This document shows, in pieces, positions 25,887-35,204 of a stretch of DNA of 64,000 nt. A program made the position numbers and the translations under genes. Under the pieces are notes generated by a model that worked only from the letters and a program-made list of their open reading frames with translations, was not told the origin of the DNA and made no database searches. The number at the start of each line of letters is the position of its first letter. Within the stretch, counting starts at the first letter, position 1. The stretch is from an uncultured Gemmatimonadales bacterium (GTDB taxonomy: Bacteria; Gemmatimonadota; Gemmatimonadetes; Gemmatimonadales; GWC2-71-9), in assembly GCA_963828735.1 (NCBI GenBank), contig CAWHFW010000005.1, positions 352,001-416,000 on the forward strand. Direction: 5' to 3'.

Positions 25887-27131
25887 CTATCGAATCTCCC
25901 TCAGCCTTCTCAGCTCCGGAACACGCACCGCGGTCACCGCCACCACCGCGAGCGTCGCCAGGCCGCCGAGGACCACGGACGGCACGGTCCCCAGGAGCTT
26001 CGCCGCCACCCCGGATTCGAACGCACCGATCTCGTTGGAGCTCCCGATGAAGATGGCGTTCACCGAGGAGACGCGCCCGAGCAGGTGCTCCGGCGTCAGC
26101 ACCTGAAGCAACGTGCTCCGCACGACGACGCTCACGGTATCCACCATCCCGCTCACGCCGAGCGCCACGAGCGAGAGCCCGAAGCTCCTGGAGACCCCGA
26201 ACACGATCATCGATATCCCGAACAGTGCCACGTTCACCAACAGCGTCCGGCCCGCGCGACGCAGCGGGGGACGGTGCGCCAGCACCAGCGACACGATGAC
26301 CGCGCCGGCGGCGGGAGCGGCCCGAAGCAGGCCCAGCCCCTCCGGTCCTACATGCAGGATCTCGTCGGCGAACACCGGCAACAGAGCGGTGGCGCCGCCG
26401 AACAGGACCGAGAAGAGGTCGAGCGCGAGCGCGCCAAGGATCACGGGCTGACCCCACACGAATCGCACGCCGCTACCGAGGCTCTCGAGCACCGACTCTC
26501 CGAAGCGGTCCCGCACCGGCGGGGCGTGGCGGATGCGGGCGATCGCGACGAGCGCCGCGAGCATCAACGATGCGTCCACGATATACGCCGCCGTCGCGTT
26601 GCCGAACCCGTAGATCAGCCCGCCGACGGCCGGCCCGAGGACGGCGGCGAGCTGCCAGGTCGAGCTGCGCCACGTGACGGCATTGGGATACAGCGAGCGC
26701 GGGACGACCTCCGCGCTGAGTGCCGTGCGGGACGGCTGGAGGAAACTACGGGCGATGCCGCTGAGGAAGATGACGAGATAGATCGGCCAGACGCGTCCCG
26801 GATGCAGCATGCCGGGCTGGACCGTGAACCACAGCAGCGAGAGCGAGCATCCGAGCAAGGCGACCAGGGACCACCGCGCGATCCGAAGCCGCGAGATCAC
26901 GTCCGCCACGTGCCCCGCCGGCAGTGCAAACCCGATGAAGGGCAGCGCCTCGGCCAGCCCGATGAGGCCGAGGGACAACGGGTCGTGCGTGAGCGCATAG
27001 ATCTGCCAGGACACGACCACGGCCTGGAGCTGGGTGGCCACGTTCATCGTCAGCAGGCTGACGATGAACCAGCGGAAATTGGGAATCCGCAGGGAGGCGT
27101 AGGGATCGTGTCGTGGGATCGCGGCGGCCAT
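25887..27131 (-). CDS. MFS transporter (EntS/DHA3-like)
   Basis: About 12 hydrophobic segments; AGHVAD...R, LDLFSVLFGGATALLP and GSSNEIGAFESG. Confidence 0.9.
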   Translation of the reverse strand: MAAAIPRHDPYASLRIPNFRWFIVSLLTMNVATQLQAVVVSWQIYALTHDPLSLGLIGLAEALPFIGFALPAGHVADVISRLRIARWSLVALLGCSLSLLWFTVQPGMLHPGRVWPIYLVIFLSGIARSFLQPSRTALSAEVVPRSLYPNAVTWRSSTWQLAAVLGPAVGGLIYGFGNATAAYIVDASLMLAALVAIARIRHAPPVRDRFGESVLESLGSGVRFVWGQPVILGALALDLFSVLFGGATALLPVFADEILHVGPEGLGLLRAAPAAGAVIVSLVLAHRPPLRRAGRTLLVNVALFGISMIVFGVSRSFGLSLVALGVSGMVDTVSVVVRSTLLQVLTPEHLLGRVSSVNAIFIGSSNEIGAFESGVAAKLLGTVPSVVLGGLATLAVVAVTAVRVPELRRLREIR

Positions 27132-27420
27132 GGCGGCGGGAAGATAATCGCCGAGCGAGCGCCGGTTTTCCGTGCCGGTGGAGCCCGAGCTCGGTCGCCA
27201 ATCCGGATGGGTGAAGCGAGCAAATCACCCGGTATCGCCGCGTGGTTTTTTGCCAGCCGCCAGAGATTTTGCGCGGCCGATCGCCAGAGGCGGCCCGTTC
27301 GCGACGTGTAACTCCATCTCATTCAATGGTATAGCCATACACTAGTGTCGGCCTGATTCGTGCGTGTAACGCGCGCGAATCGAAGGCCCTTCGCAACCCT
27401 ACATCCCGACCTCGCCAGGC

Positions 27421-29058
27421 ATGAAGCGACTGCTCCAACTATGCCCGCTCGTTGTTCTGGCGGCCTGCGCTAGCCATATCCCGCCCGCCCCCACGGCGGC
27501 GCCGTTGTCTGCTGCAGTCCACGATTCCGTCGCACCGGTCGTCGATCTCGATGCGCTCACCCACGAGAGCTCCGCCGCCGACGCCGTCGTGCTCAACGAT
27601 CTGGCCGACGCCACGCCGAGCGAGGCCGAAGTCCCCGCGTTCGACGCGAGCGACGTGCGCTGGGACATCGACGTCCTCACCTACGCCAACCACCCGCGGG
27701 TCCAGTACTACCTCGGCTACTTCCAGGGACTGGCCCGCGGCCGGATGGAGATCTTCCTGAGCCGCGGCGCCCGCTACGAGTCCATGATCCGTGCCCGCTT
27801 TCAGGCGGAGGGTCTGCCCGGAGACCTCGGCTATCTCGCGCTCATCGAGAGCGGGTACTCGAACGAAGCCGTGAGCCGGGCCTACGCCGTCGGCATGTGG
27901 CAGTTCATGCGCGGCACGGGCAGAGGCTACGGCCTCCGCGTGGATTCCTGGGTGGACGAGCGTCGTGACCCGGTCAAGGCGACCGATGCGGCCGCGCGGC
28001 ATCTGCGCGACCTCCGTGCGCGCTTCGGGTCGCTCTATCTCGCAGCGGCCGCCTACAACGCCGGGGCCGGCAAGGTCTCACGCAGCCTTGGCAAGCTCGA
28101 GTGGGACGCGCCGTCCGACACGAGCACGGCGCAGCCGGCGGCGGAGGACACGGTCGACGAGGAGCCCGCGGCGGACGCGGCGGAGGACACGACCGATCTC
28201 GCCACGGAGGCCCCGGCTGACTCGGCCGATTCAGTCGACGTGGACGCCTCCGACCTGGCGTCCGGCGAAAGCGTGGTGGCGGACTCGACCTCGATCCCGG
28301 TCGAGGACGTCGTCGCTCCGGAGACACAGGGCATCACCAGCGATGCGGCCTTCTTCCGGCTCGCATCGAATGACCTGTTGGCGAGCGAGACGCAGGACTA
28401 TGTCCCGAAACTGATCGCGGCGGCGCTGATCGCGAAGGCGCCCGCGCGCTACGGGTTCTCCTCGCCCACGCCGGCTCCGCTGGTCTATGACTCGCTCGTG
28501 GTCCATGACGTCACCGGCCTCGACGTGATCGCGAGGCTCGCCGGCACCAGCGTCGCCGAGATTCGCGACCTCAATCCCCAATACCTCCGCCTCGCCACCC
28601 CGCCGCGGTCCACGATGGTGGTCCGCCTGCCGGTCGGCACCGGCGCGGAGGTGGCCGGGCGCTACGCGGCCCTGAGCCCGAAGTCCCGCGTCCACTACCT
28701 GACCCACGTGACCGGCCGGAACGAGCGTCTCACCCGGATCGCGGCGCGCTATCGCCTGCCGGTCCGCGAGATCCAGGCGGCCAACCCGAACCTCCGGACC
28801 AGCCGGCCTGCCCGCGGCACCCGAATCGTGATCCCCGCCGTCGCGGTGCCCTCGGCGCTCGCGATGAAGGCCACTGGGACGATCGGCGGCCCTCGCGCTG
28901 TCTACGCCAGGGGAACGCTCCACCGCGTGCGTCGCGGCGAAACGCTCACGGGCATCGCCCGCCAGTATCGCGTGTCGGTCCGCTCGCTTCGGCGCGTGAA
29001 CGCGCTGCACAGCGACCACGCGCTCCGTGCCGGAATGCGCATCCGCATCCCCGGCTGA
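27421..29058 (+). CDS. MltD-like lytic transglycosylase lipoprotein with LysM domains
   Basis: Lipobox, IESG, AVGMWQFM, AAYNAG, ETQDYVPK and a C-terminal LysM (HRVRRGETL). Confidence 0.92.
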   Translation: MKRLLQLCPLVVLAACASHIPPAPTAAPLSAAVHDSVAPVVDLDALTHESSAADAVVLNDLADATPSEAEVPAFDASDVRWDIDVLTYANHPRVQYYLGYFQGLARGRMEIFLSRGARYESMIRARFQAEGLPGDLGYLALIESGYSNEAVSRAYAVGMWQFMRGTGRGYGLRVDSWVDERRDPVKATDAAARHLRDLRARFGSLYLAAAAYNAGAGKVSRSLGKLEWDAPSDTSTAQPAAEDTVDEEPAADAAEDTTDLATEAPADSADSVDVDASDLASGESVVADSTSIPVEDVVAPETQGITSDAAFFRLASNDLLASETQDYVPKLIAAALIAKAPARYGFSSPTPAPLVYDSLVVHDVTGLDVIARLAGTSVAEIRDLNPQYLRLATPPRSTMVVRLPVGTGAEVAGRYAALSPKSRVHYLTHVTGRNERLTRIAARYRLPVREIQAANPNLRTSRPARGTRIVIPAVAVPSALAMKATGTIGGPRAVYARGTLHRVRRGETLTGIARQYRVSVRSLRRVNALHSDHALRAGMRIRIPG

Positions 29059-29095
29059 TCCCTCACCCTCAACAGGTACGCAGAGAGACCCTTCC

Positions 29096-29284
29096 GTGTC
29101 CGCCGACAGCAGCGTCGCCGCTCCGTCCGCGCCAGTCTCTGAACGCACCGCCTTCGCGGTGCTGGGCTCCATGGTCCTCCTGATCGTGGCGCTCACCGTC
29201 CTGCTCATTCAAACCACCTGGGTGGACTCGGCGAGTGCCGCCGAGCCGCCGGCCGCCGACGGCGCGAGCCTCGCGCAGCGGTGA
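29096..29284 (+). CDS. Small single-pass membrane protein
   Basis: GTG start, hydrophobic stretch FAVLGSMVLLIVALTVLLI, GTGA overlap with the next gene. Confidence 0.5.
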   Translation: MSADSSVAAPSAPVSERTAFAVLGSMVLLIVALTVLLIQTTWVDSASAAEPPAADGASLAQR

Positions 29285-30354
29285 CGTTCCGCCTGAACGG
29301 CCTCTTGGGTCGCGTGCTGGCGGGCGCCCTCGCGATCGGCGCGCTCGCCACGAACGCCGGGACCGGCGTTCGTGGTTACGTCGACACGGCCGCGCCCGAC
29401 GACACGCTCAGGGCACGCCTGGCCTCGACGACGTCGACCGTGGACCGCGGTCACACGATCGGGGCCATGGTGTTCGGCTACCTGTCGGCGCACGGCCTTC
29501 CGCCCCTCGAAGGCGTCATGACGGTCACGGACACCGGACTGGTCTTCCGATCGGCCGACGGCCGGTACGGGCGGACGCTGCCGGTGGTCGGACCGGTGCG
29601 CCGGTCCGCACAGGGCGCCTGGCGCGCGTCGGCCGTTTCCCTGGCGTATGTAGACGAGTCGCTCGGACGCCCCGCGTACCTGTTCCGCGTCGAAGGCGGC
29701 GTGTTCGAGACCGAGGCGCCGGGCGCACTTCTGCCGCTCGCGGCGCATCCCGCATGGCTCGACAGCCTGGCGTCACGGGAATGGAGCGTGGAGCCGGGCC
29801 TGGTCGGGGCCGACGACGGGGCCGGCGTGTGGTCGCTCCTCAATCACGTCATGAGCGACTCCTACGCTGATTCGCTCTACCGAATCTTCGGCCGACCCGT
29901 GCGCCCGGCGGGATTGGTCGGCGAGCGTGGGCGCGCGGCAGGACGCCTCGGCGAGTACGTGAACTCGCGTGACTCACTCGCCCTCGATCCGGCGCGCATC
30001 ATCAGCGCCGAGCAACTCCGCCACACGCTGGCGCACGAGCTGGCGCACCGGTGGCAGGCGCGCTCGGCCGCGCAACTCGCCATGCTGTGGGCGGGCGTAC
30101 CGGAAATCCGGGACCCGAAACGTTACGGCTACGGCAACGTGAGCGAGCATCAAGCCGAGGCCGCCGCGTTCGCGGTCCATTTCCTTCTGTCGACCGCGAG
30201 CTCACGCGATCCCGCCGCGGAGGCGTCGACGCTCGATCACTACGAGCTGCTGGTGCCCGGCACACGGACGCTCGTGCGTTATTTCGCGCTGCAGCCCATG
30301 TTCGCGCGACATCCGCTCCGCGCCTGGCTGACGGGAGCGTCGGCACAGTCCTAG
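29281..30354 (+). CDS. Secreted hypothetical protein with a HExxH zinc-peptidase motif
   Basis: Signal peptide, TLAHELAHRWQ and a downstream EHQAEA third-ligand-like Glu. Confidence 0.7.
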   Translation: MTFRLNGLLGRVLAGALAIGALATNAGTGVRGYVDTAAPDDTLRARLASTTSTVDRGHTIGAMVFGYLSAHGLPPLEGVMTVTDTGLVFRSADGRYGRTLPVVGPVRRSAQGAWRASAVSLAYVDESLGRPAYLFRVEGGVFETEAPGALLPLAAHPAWLDSLASREWSVEPGLVGADDGAGVWSLLNHVMSDSYADSLYRIFGRPVRPAGLVGERGRAAGRLGEYVNSRDSLALDPARIISAEQLRHTLAHELAHRWQARSAAQLAMLWAGVPEIRDPKRYGYGNVSEHQAEAAAFAVHFLLSTASSRDPAAEASTLDHYELLVPGTRTLVRYFALQPMFARHPLRAWLTGASAQS

Positions 30355-30380
30355 GATCGCCGCGCCAGGCAAGCGGGATG

Positions 30381-30416
30381 AGACAGAGGCACGCCGACGC
30401 GTGCCTCTGTCTTTTG
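30381..30416 (+). terminator. Rho-independent terminator
   Basis: 14-bp stem AGACAGAGGCACGC/GCGTGCCTCTGTCT followed by a T tract. Confidence 0.8.
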
Positions 30417-30746
30417 TAAAGATTTTCCCCCCTCCGCGACGGTGCGCCCCCCCGGCCGATCCGCTTTCCGACTGCCTACGATCTGCCCCGACCGCGTACG
30501 GGGCGTGAGTCCGCCCCAGAAGGTGGTCCTGCGCACAGCCGTATCCGGGTGGCGCCCGTAGTCTGTGTCATGGGCGCCCTCATGGGGAGCGACGAATGCG
30601 CATCACCATCCACTGCCTGGACTGCGGTTTCCGCCTGTCCGTGACACTGCCGGCCAGCGACACCGCTCAGACCGTCATCGACTCGCTGTCCTGCGGCCAG
30701 TGCGGTTGCCGGCGGTGGTCCGCGGCCTGACCGCCTCCCTCTCGCG

Positions 30747-31187
30747 ATGCCGTTTGGCGTGTCGGACGACGCGGTTCTGCTGCTCCGCATCCTCGTGGCG
30801 GCGGTGTTGGCGGCGGTGGCAGGATGGGATCGAGAACACGCCGGCAAGTCCGCAGGACTCCGCACCCACATGCTCGTGGGGCTCGCGGCCGCGCTGTATA
30901 CCGGGCTCGGCGTTCTCGCGACGGGTGAGGCGGCGGGTTCGACCGGATTGCGCGGCGATCCGGTACGCGTCATCCAGGCGGTGGCGCTCGGCGTCGGGTT
31001 CCTCGGCGGCGGAGCGATCTCCGCCCAGCGAAGCCCCGGACACGTCGTCGGCCTGACCACCGCGGCGTCCATCTGGGCCACCGCGGGGATCGGCATCGCC
31101 GCGGGCTTCGGTCACTTCCTGCTGGCCGCAGGGGCCACGCTGCTCCAGTTCATCGTCCTGCGAGGGCTCGCGCGGTTCGACCGATAG
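30747..31187 (+). CDS. MgtC/SapB family membrane protein
   Basis: Motifs GWDRE..GKSAGLRTH, GVGFLGGG and GLTTAASIW. Confidence 0.9.
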   Translation: MPFGVSDDAVLLLRILVAAVLAAVAGWDREHAGKSAGLRTHMLVGLAAALYTGLGVLATGEAAGSTGLRGDPVRVIQAVALGVGFLGGGAISAQRSPGHVVGLTTAASIWATAGIGIAAGFGHFLLAAGATLLQFIVLRGLARFDR

Positions 31188-31298
31188 ACGCGACCTCCGC
31201 CATCGCGACACGTGCCTCCGTCGGGGTCGTCGCGTATCTTCTGTTCGCCCCTTCCGCTTCATCGCTGTCCCGCACGTTCCTCCGGTCGGGAGACCGTC

Positions 31299-33344
31299 AT
31301 GCCTCTCTGGCTTCAGGCCGCGGCCACTTTGCCGCACGGCTACTGCCTGCTCTGGCAGCCCGGGCTCATCTGGCTGCACGCCGGATCCGACGCGTTGATC
31401 GGCGCCGCGTACGTGACCATCCCGCTCACGCTCGCCCATTTCCTGCGTCAGCGACGAGACCTTCCGTTCAACTGGATGGTCTGGTGCTTCGTCACCTTCA
31501 TCCTCGCGTGCGGGGCGACCCACTGGCTCGGCGTGTTGAACATCTGGGTGCCGACCTGGGGGTTCACCGGCAGCGTGAAGGCGCTGACGGCGCTCGCCTC
31601 GGTACCCACCGCGATACTGCTTGGCCGCCTCGTTCCCCAAATGGTGGCCATTCCCAGTCCGTCGCAGCTCCAGCGCATCAACGACACCCTCGCGTCGGAG
31701 ATTGCCGAGCGGCGAAACGTCGAGGAGCAGCTCCGCCAGGCCCAGGCGGAACTGGAGCGGCGGGTCGAGGAGCGCACCGCGGAGCTCGCGGCGGCCAATG
31801 CCTCGCTCCGGCTGCTCGAGTCCGCCGTGCAGCAGGCCAGCGACGCCGTCACCATCACGACGTCGGAGCTGGACCGGCCGGGCCCACGAATCGTGTACGC
31901 CAATCCCGCGTTCACCAAGATCACCGGCTACCCCCTCGACGATGTGCTGGGCCGGACGCCGCGACTGCTCCAGGGGCCAAAAACGGAGCGATCGGTGCTC
32001 GACGCCCTCCGAGCGACGCTCGTCGCCGGCCAGGTGTTCGCGGGCGAGACGACGAACTACCGCAACGACGGAACAGAGTTCCTGATGCAGTGGCGCGTGG
32101 CACCACTCCGGGACCGGGCCGGCACGGTGACGCACTACGTGGCCATTCAGCGGGACGTGACCGAGCAGCGGAGCATCGAGACGCAGCTTCAGCAGGCCCA
32201 GAAGATGGAAGCGATCGGGCAGCTCGCGGGCGGGATCGCGCACGACTTCAATAACTTGCTGACCGCGATTCAGGGAAACTGCGCGCTGCTGCTGCCGTAT
32301 TTCGGGGCGGACGACCCAGGGCGGGAGTTCCTCGAGGAGATCGAGGACGCGGGGACGCGCGCCGCGCGGCTCACCCATCAGCTGCTCGCCTTCAGCCGCC
32401 GGCAGGTCCGTCAGCCGGTCTCGGTAGACCTCAACGGGCAGATCGAGGACACTCTGCGCCTCGTGAGCCGGCTGCTCGGCGAACAGATCCGCATCGGCTT
32501 CAAGCCCGCGGCGGACCTCGGCGCCATCTGGGCCGACCCTGGGCAGATCGAGCAGGTCCTCGTGAACCTCGTCGTCAATGCGCGGGACGCGATGCCCCGC
32601 GGCGGCACCCTGGCGATCGAGACCGAGAACGTCGAGCTGACCGAGGCCTACGCCGGATTTCACCTCAGCGTCGTGCCGGGGTCATACGTGGTGCTGTCGG
32701 TCCGCGACAGCGGTACGGGCATGGACGCGGTGACGCGCGCGCACATCTTCGAGCCGTTTTTCACGACCAAGGGCGCGGCCAAGGGTACCGGCCTCGGCCT
32801 ATCCACCGTGTACGGCATCATGAAACAGGGCAGAGGCAACATCTGGGTGTACAGCGAGCCGGGACACGGCACCACGTTCAAGCTCTACTTCCCTCGAATT
32901 CCCAACCGGGCCGCCGAGCGTGGGACCACCACTCTCCGCGAGACGGACGTCGTACCCGGAACCGGCGTGGTTCTGATCGTCGAAGACGATCCCGCGGTGC
33001 GCTCCCTGGCGGCCAACATCCTGCGCTTGGCCGGCTATCGCACCATTTCCGCGACGACACCCGAAACGGCACTCGAGTTCGGACGCGACGAGACCCAGAC
33101 CATCGACCTCATGCTGACCGACGTGGTGATGCCGCACATGAGCGGGCGAGACCTCGCGCTCGCGCTCCGGGTGCTGCGGCCGTCGCTGCGCGTCGTGTTT
33201 ATGTCTGGCTACACCAATGGGGCGCTGGAGGAGCGCGATCTCCTCGAGCAGGGCGCGGTGCTCGTTAGCAAGCCGTTCAGTCCCTGGAGCCTGAGCAATG
33301 CGTTGGCGGGGCTCAGGCCACCGGAAAACCCGGAGCCGAGCTGA
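31299..33344 (+). CDS. Hybrid sensor kinase: ethylene-receptor-like TM domain, PAS, HisKA, HATPase and receiver
   Basis: SDALIGAAY..IP...CGATH, a PAS domain, AHDFNNLL, NARDAMP, FEPFFTTK, GTGLGL and receiver TDVVMP. Confidence 0.92.
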   Translation: MPLWLQAAATLPHGYCLLWQPGLIWLHAGSDALIGAAYVTIPLTLAHFLRQRRDLPFNWMVWCFVTFILACGATHWLGVLNIWVPTWGFTGSVKALTALASVPTAILLGRLVPQMVAIPSPSQLQRINDTLASEIAERRNVEEQLRQAQAELERRVEERTAELAAANASLRLLESAVQQASDAVTITTSELDRPGPRIVYANPAFTKITGYPLDDVLGRTPRLLQGPKTERSVLDALRATLVAGQVFAGETTNYRNDGTEFLMQWRVAPLRDRAGTVTHYVAIQRDVTEQRSIETQLQQAQKMEAIGQLAGGIAHDFNNLLTAIQGNCALLLPYFGADDPGREFLEEIEDAGTRAARLTHQLLAFSRRQVRQPVSVDLNGQIEDTLRLVSRLLGEQIRIGFKPAADLGAIWADPGQIEQVLVNLVVNARDAMPRGGTLAIETENVELTEAYAGFHLSVVPGSYVVLSVRDSGTGMDAVTRAHIFEPFFTTKGAAKGTGLGLSTVYGIMKQGRGNIWVYSEPGHGTTFKLYFPRIPNRAAERGTTTLRETDVVPGTGVVLIVEDDPAVRSLAANILRLAGYRTISATTPETALEFGRDETQTIDLMLTDVVMPHMSGRDLALALRVLRPSLRVVFMSGYTNGALEERDLLEQGAVLVSKPFSPWSLSNALAGLRPPENPEPS

Positions 33345-33428
33345 TGGTGCGCAGGGGTATACTGCGGCGTAGACCACTCCCCGAAACCGTCCCCAAACCG
33401 TCGCCGAGAGGGTCTCGTCCTCGCACAC

Positions 33429-33462
33429 GAACAACGTCTCGCCTGGCGGCGAGACGTTGTTC
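33429..33462. terminator. 15-bp inverted repeat between convergent genes
   Basis: GAACAACGTCTCGCC-TGGC-GGCGAGACGTTGTTC. Confidence 0.75.
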
Positions 33463-33478
33463 AGCGCGGGCGCACAGG

Positions 33479-34579
33479 CTAGGGGATATACTGCAGGTTG
33501 TTGCCGGGCGCGTTCCCGCCCACCACCTCGATCCGCGGCTGGCCATTGAGGAACACTTTGCTACCCGCAATACCGGTGCGTGGACTCGGCCTTGGGGCCC
33601 GCCGCGTCCACGCGTCCGTGATCGGATTGTAGACGCTATTCCAATCGACGGCCTCCCATGCGTGACGCGCAGCGATGTAACGCGAGCCGCCAATCACGTA
33701 CAGCTTAGACTCGAGCACAGCCGTCGCCGCGCCGGCGCGGTTCAGGTCAAGGGAGGTCTTCGGAGTCCAGCGGTTCGTGCTGGGATCATAGACGGCGAAC
33801 CAGGCCTTGGTCGTGTTCACCGATCCGCCCATGACGTAGAACTTCCCACCGATGACTCCCCCGGCGTACGGCGACCGGGTCTCTGCGCCAAACGGTGACG
33901 CGAGAATGGTCCACTGGTCGGTCACCGGATTGTACCGGAAGAACCCTGGGCCGCTGTAACGGCAGCCTTCCTCATCGATCCCCGACGGCTCAAATTCGGA
34001 GAAACACGCGGTGAAGACGTAGAGCTTGCTACCGACGACTCCGGTCACGCCGCGGGCGCCGAACAAGCCGGTGAGGTCCCCGTACTGGTCATGAATGACT
34101 GGCAGGTCACGCTTCCGGGTCCAAGTATTCGCAGCGGGATCGTACATGTAGAGGCCGACTTGGAGGTCATCCAAGTGGAAGTTGGAGAACCCCCCGGAGA
34201 CGTAGATCTTCCCATTAATGACGCCCGCGCCGTTGGAGAACGCCAACGGAACCGGCAGCCCACGCCGGAAGGTCCAGGTGTTGGTGGCGACGTTGTAGGC
34301 GGCGTGTGCCGCAATCGGCACGCCGTTGGGGTTGCGCCCACCCATGGCGTACACGACCGACTGTCCCGCCGCGTTCGTCACGGTGGCGACGGCGAGGTCG
34401 GTCCGGTTGGTCAGCATGTCGGCCCGGGTGATCCAGGTGTTGGTCGCCAGGGCCAACTCGGGCGCGGTAGCCGTGGGCTGCGCCGGCAGGTCGGGTTGGG
34501 TCGGGTTGTCGTCGCCGCAGGCAGCGAGCCCAAGCGCGCTGAGCGTCAGCAGGCTGGGCAACAGTAGACGGTGGCTCAT
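33479..34579 (-). CDS. Kelch-repeat beta-propeller lipoprotein
   Basis: GGAGG RBS, lipobox LAAC, repeated GKIYVSGG / YDP..N.W units. Confidence 0.88.
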   Translation of the reverse strand: MSHRLLLPSLLTLSALGLAACGDDNPTQPDLPAQPTATAPELALATNTWITRADMLTNRTDLAVATVTNAAGQSVVYAMGGRNPNGVPIAAHAAYNVATNTWTFRRGLPVPLAFSNGAGVINGKIYVSGGFSNFHLDDLQVGLYMYDPAANTWTRKRDLPVIHDQYGDLTGLFGARGVTGVVGSKLYVFTACFSEFEPSGIDEEGCRYSGPGFFRYNPVTDQWTILASPFGAETRSPYAGGVIGGKFYVMGGSVNTTKAWFAVYDPSTNRWTPKTSLDLNRAGAATAVLESKLYVIGGSRYIAARHAWEAVDWNSVYNPITDAWTRRAPRPSPRTGIAGSKVFLNGQPRIEVVGGNAPGNNLQYIP

Positions 34580-34861
34580 ATGTTCCTCCAGGGACGTTCG
34601 GTCGCACCGCGACCAGACGTGTCCGCCTGTCAATTCAAGCACGCAGAAGCTTGCGCCCTGGCGCACGAAGCGAGTGTGAGTCAGCTGTGAAGGCATCCTC
34701 ACGGAGTGACCCCGGCGATCACTAGCATCTGTGCTATTTGCGAAGTCCGCAGGCTGACCAAAGGGCCCGCGCGGCACCGTTAGGCGCTCAGCGCATTGTG
34801 GGTGGCACCGTCGCCGGCGCGACCGGCGATCGGCGCCTCGTACTGAGTACGGGGGCGAGAC

Positions 34862-34893
34862 AAAGAAAAAGCGCCGTCGTAAACCGACGGCGC
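34862..34893 (-). terminator. Rho-independent terminator of the tRNA pair
   Basis: On the minus strand GCGCCGTCG-GTTTA-CGACGGCGC is followed by TTTTTCTTT. Confidence 0.85.
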
Positions 34894-34918
34894 GAGCGAG
34901 CGTCCAAAGGCGTCCCAG

Positions 34919-34990
34919 AGCCACAGGTCGGATTTGAACCGACGACCGCTCGATTACGAATCGAGTGCTCTACCCCTGAGCTACTGTGGC
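34919..34990 (-). tRNA. tRNA-Thr(CGT)
   Basis: Acceptor stem GCCACAG; anticodon arm CTCGA-TTCGTAA-TCGAG; T-loop GGTTCAAATCC. Confidence 0.96.
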
Positions 34991-35034
34991 CGATCAACAG
35001 CGCGGGGGCGCACGCCGGTGCGCCCCCGAATCAA

Positions 35035-35116
35035 TGCCCTGGCGCGGATTCGAACCGCGACGCCTTTCGGCACTACCCCCTCAAGATAGCGTGTCTACCA
35101 GTTTCACCACCAGGGC
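35035..35116 (-). tRNA. tRNA-Leu(GAG)
   Basis: Acceptor stem GCCCTGG; anticodon arm CTATC-TTGAGGG-GGTAG; long variable arm; T-loop GGTTCGAATCC. Confidence 0.96.
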
Positions 35117-35128
35117 GTGCGGCGGAGC

Positions 35129-35157
35129 AAGATAGCCCTCGCGCCAGAGGGGGTCAA
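35129..35157 (-). promoter_or_regulatory. Sigma-70 promoter of the tRNA-Leu/tRNA-Thr operon
   Basis: TTGACC-N17-TATCTT ends 12 nt before tRNA-Leu. Confidence 0.7.
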
Positions 35158-35204
35158 CCCTCGGCGCGACGGCGGAAGTCCTTGCTCTGCGTTGACTAAC
35201 GCAC

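Noticed and set aside
31890..31990. LOV photoreceptor in the kinase PAS domain
   Set aside because: The sequence is GRTPRLLQ and lacks the photoactive Cys of GRNCRFLQ.
35003..35028. 11-bp hairpin between tRNA-Leu and tRNA-Thr as a separate ncRNA
   Set aside because: It is more simply an ordinary spacer structure in a tRNA operon.
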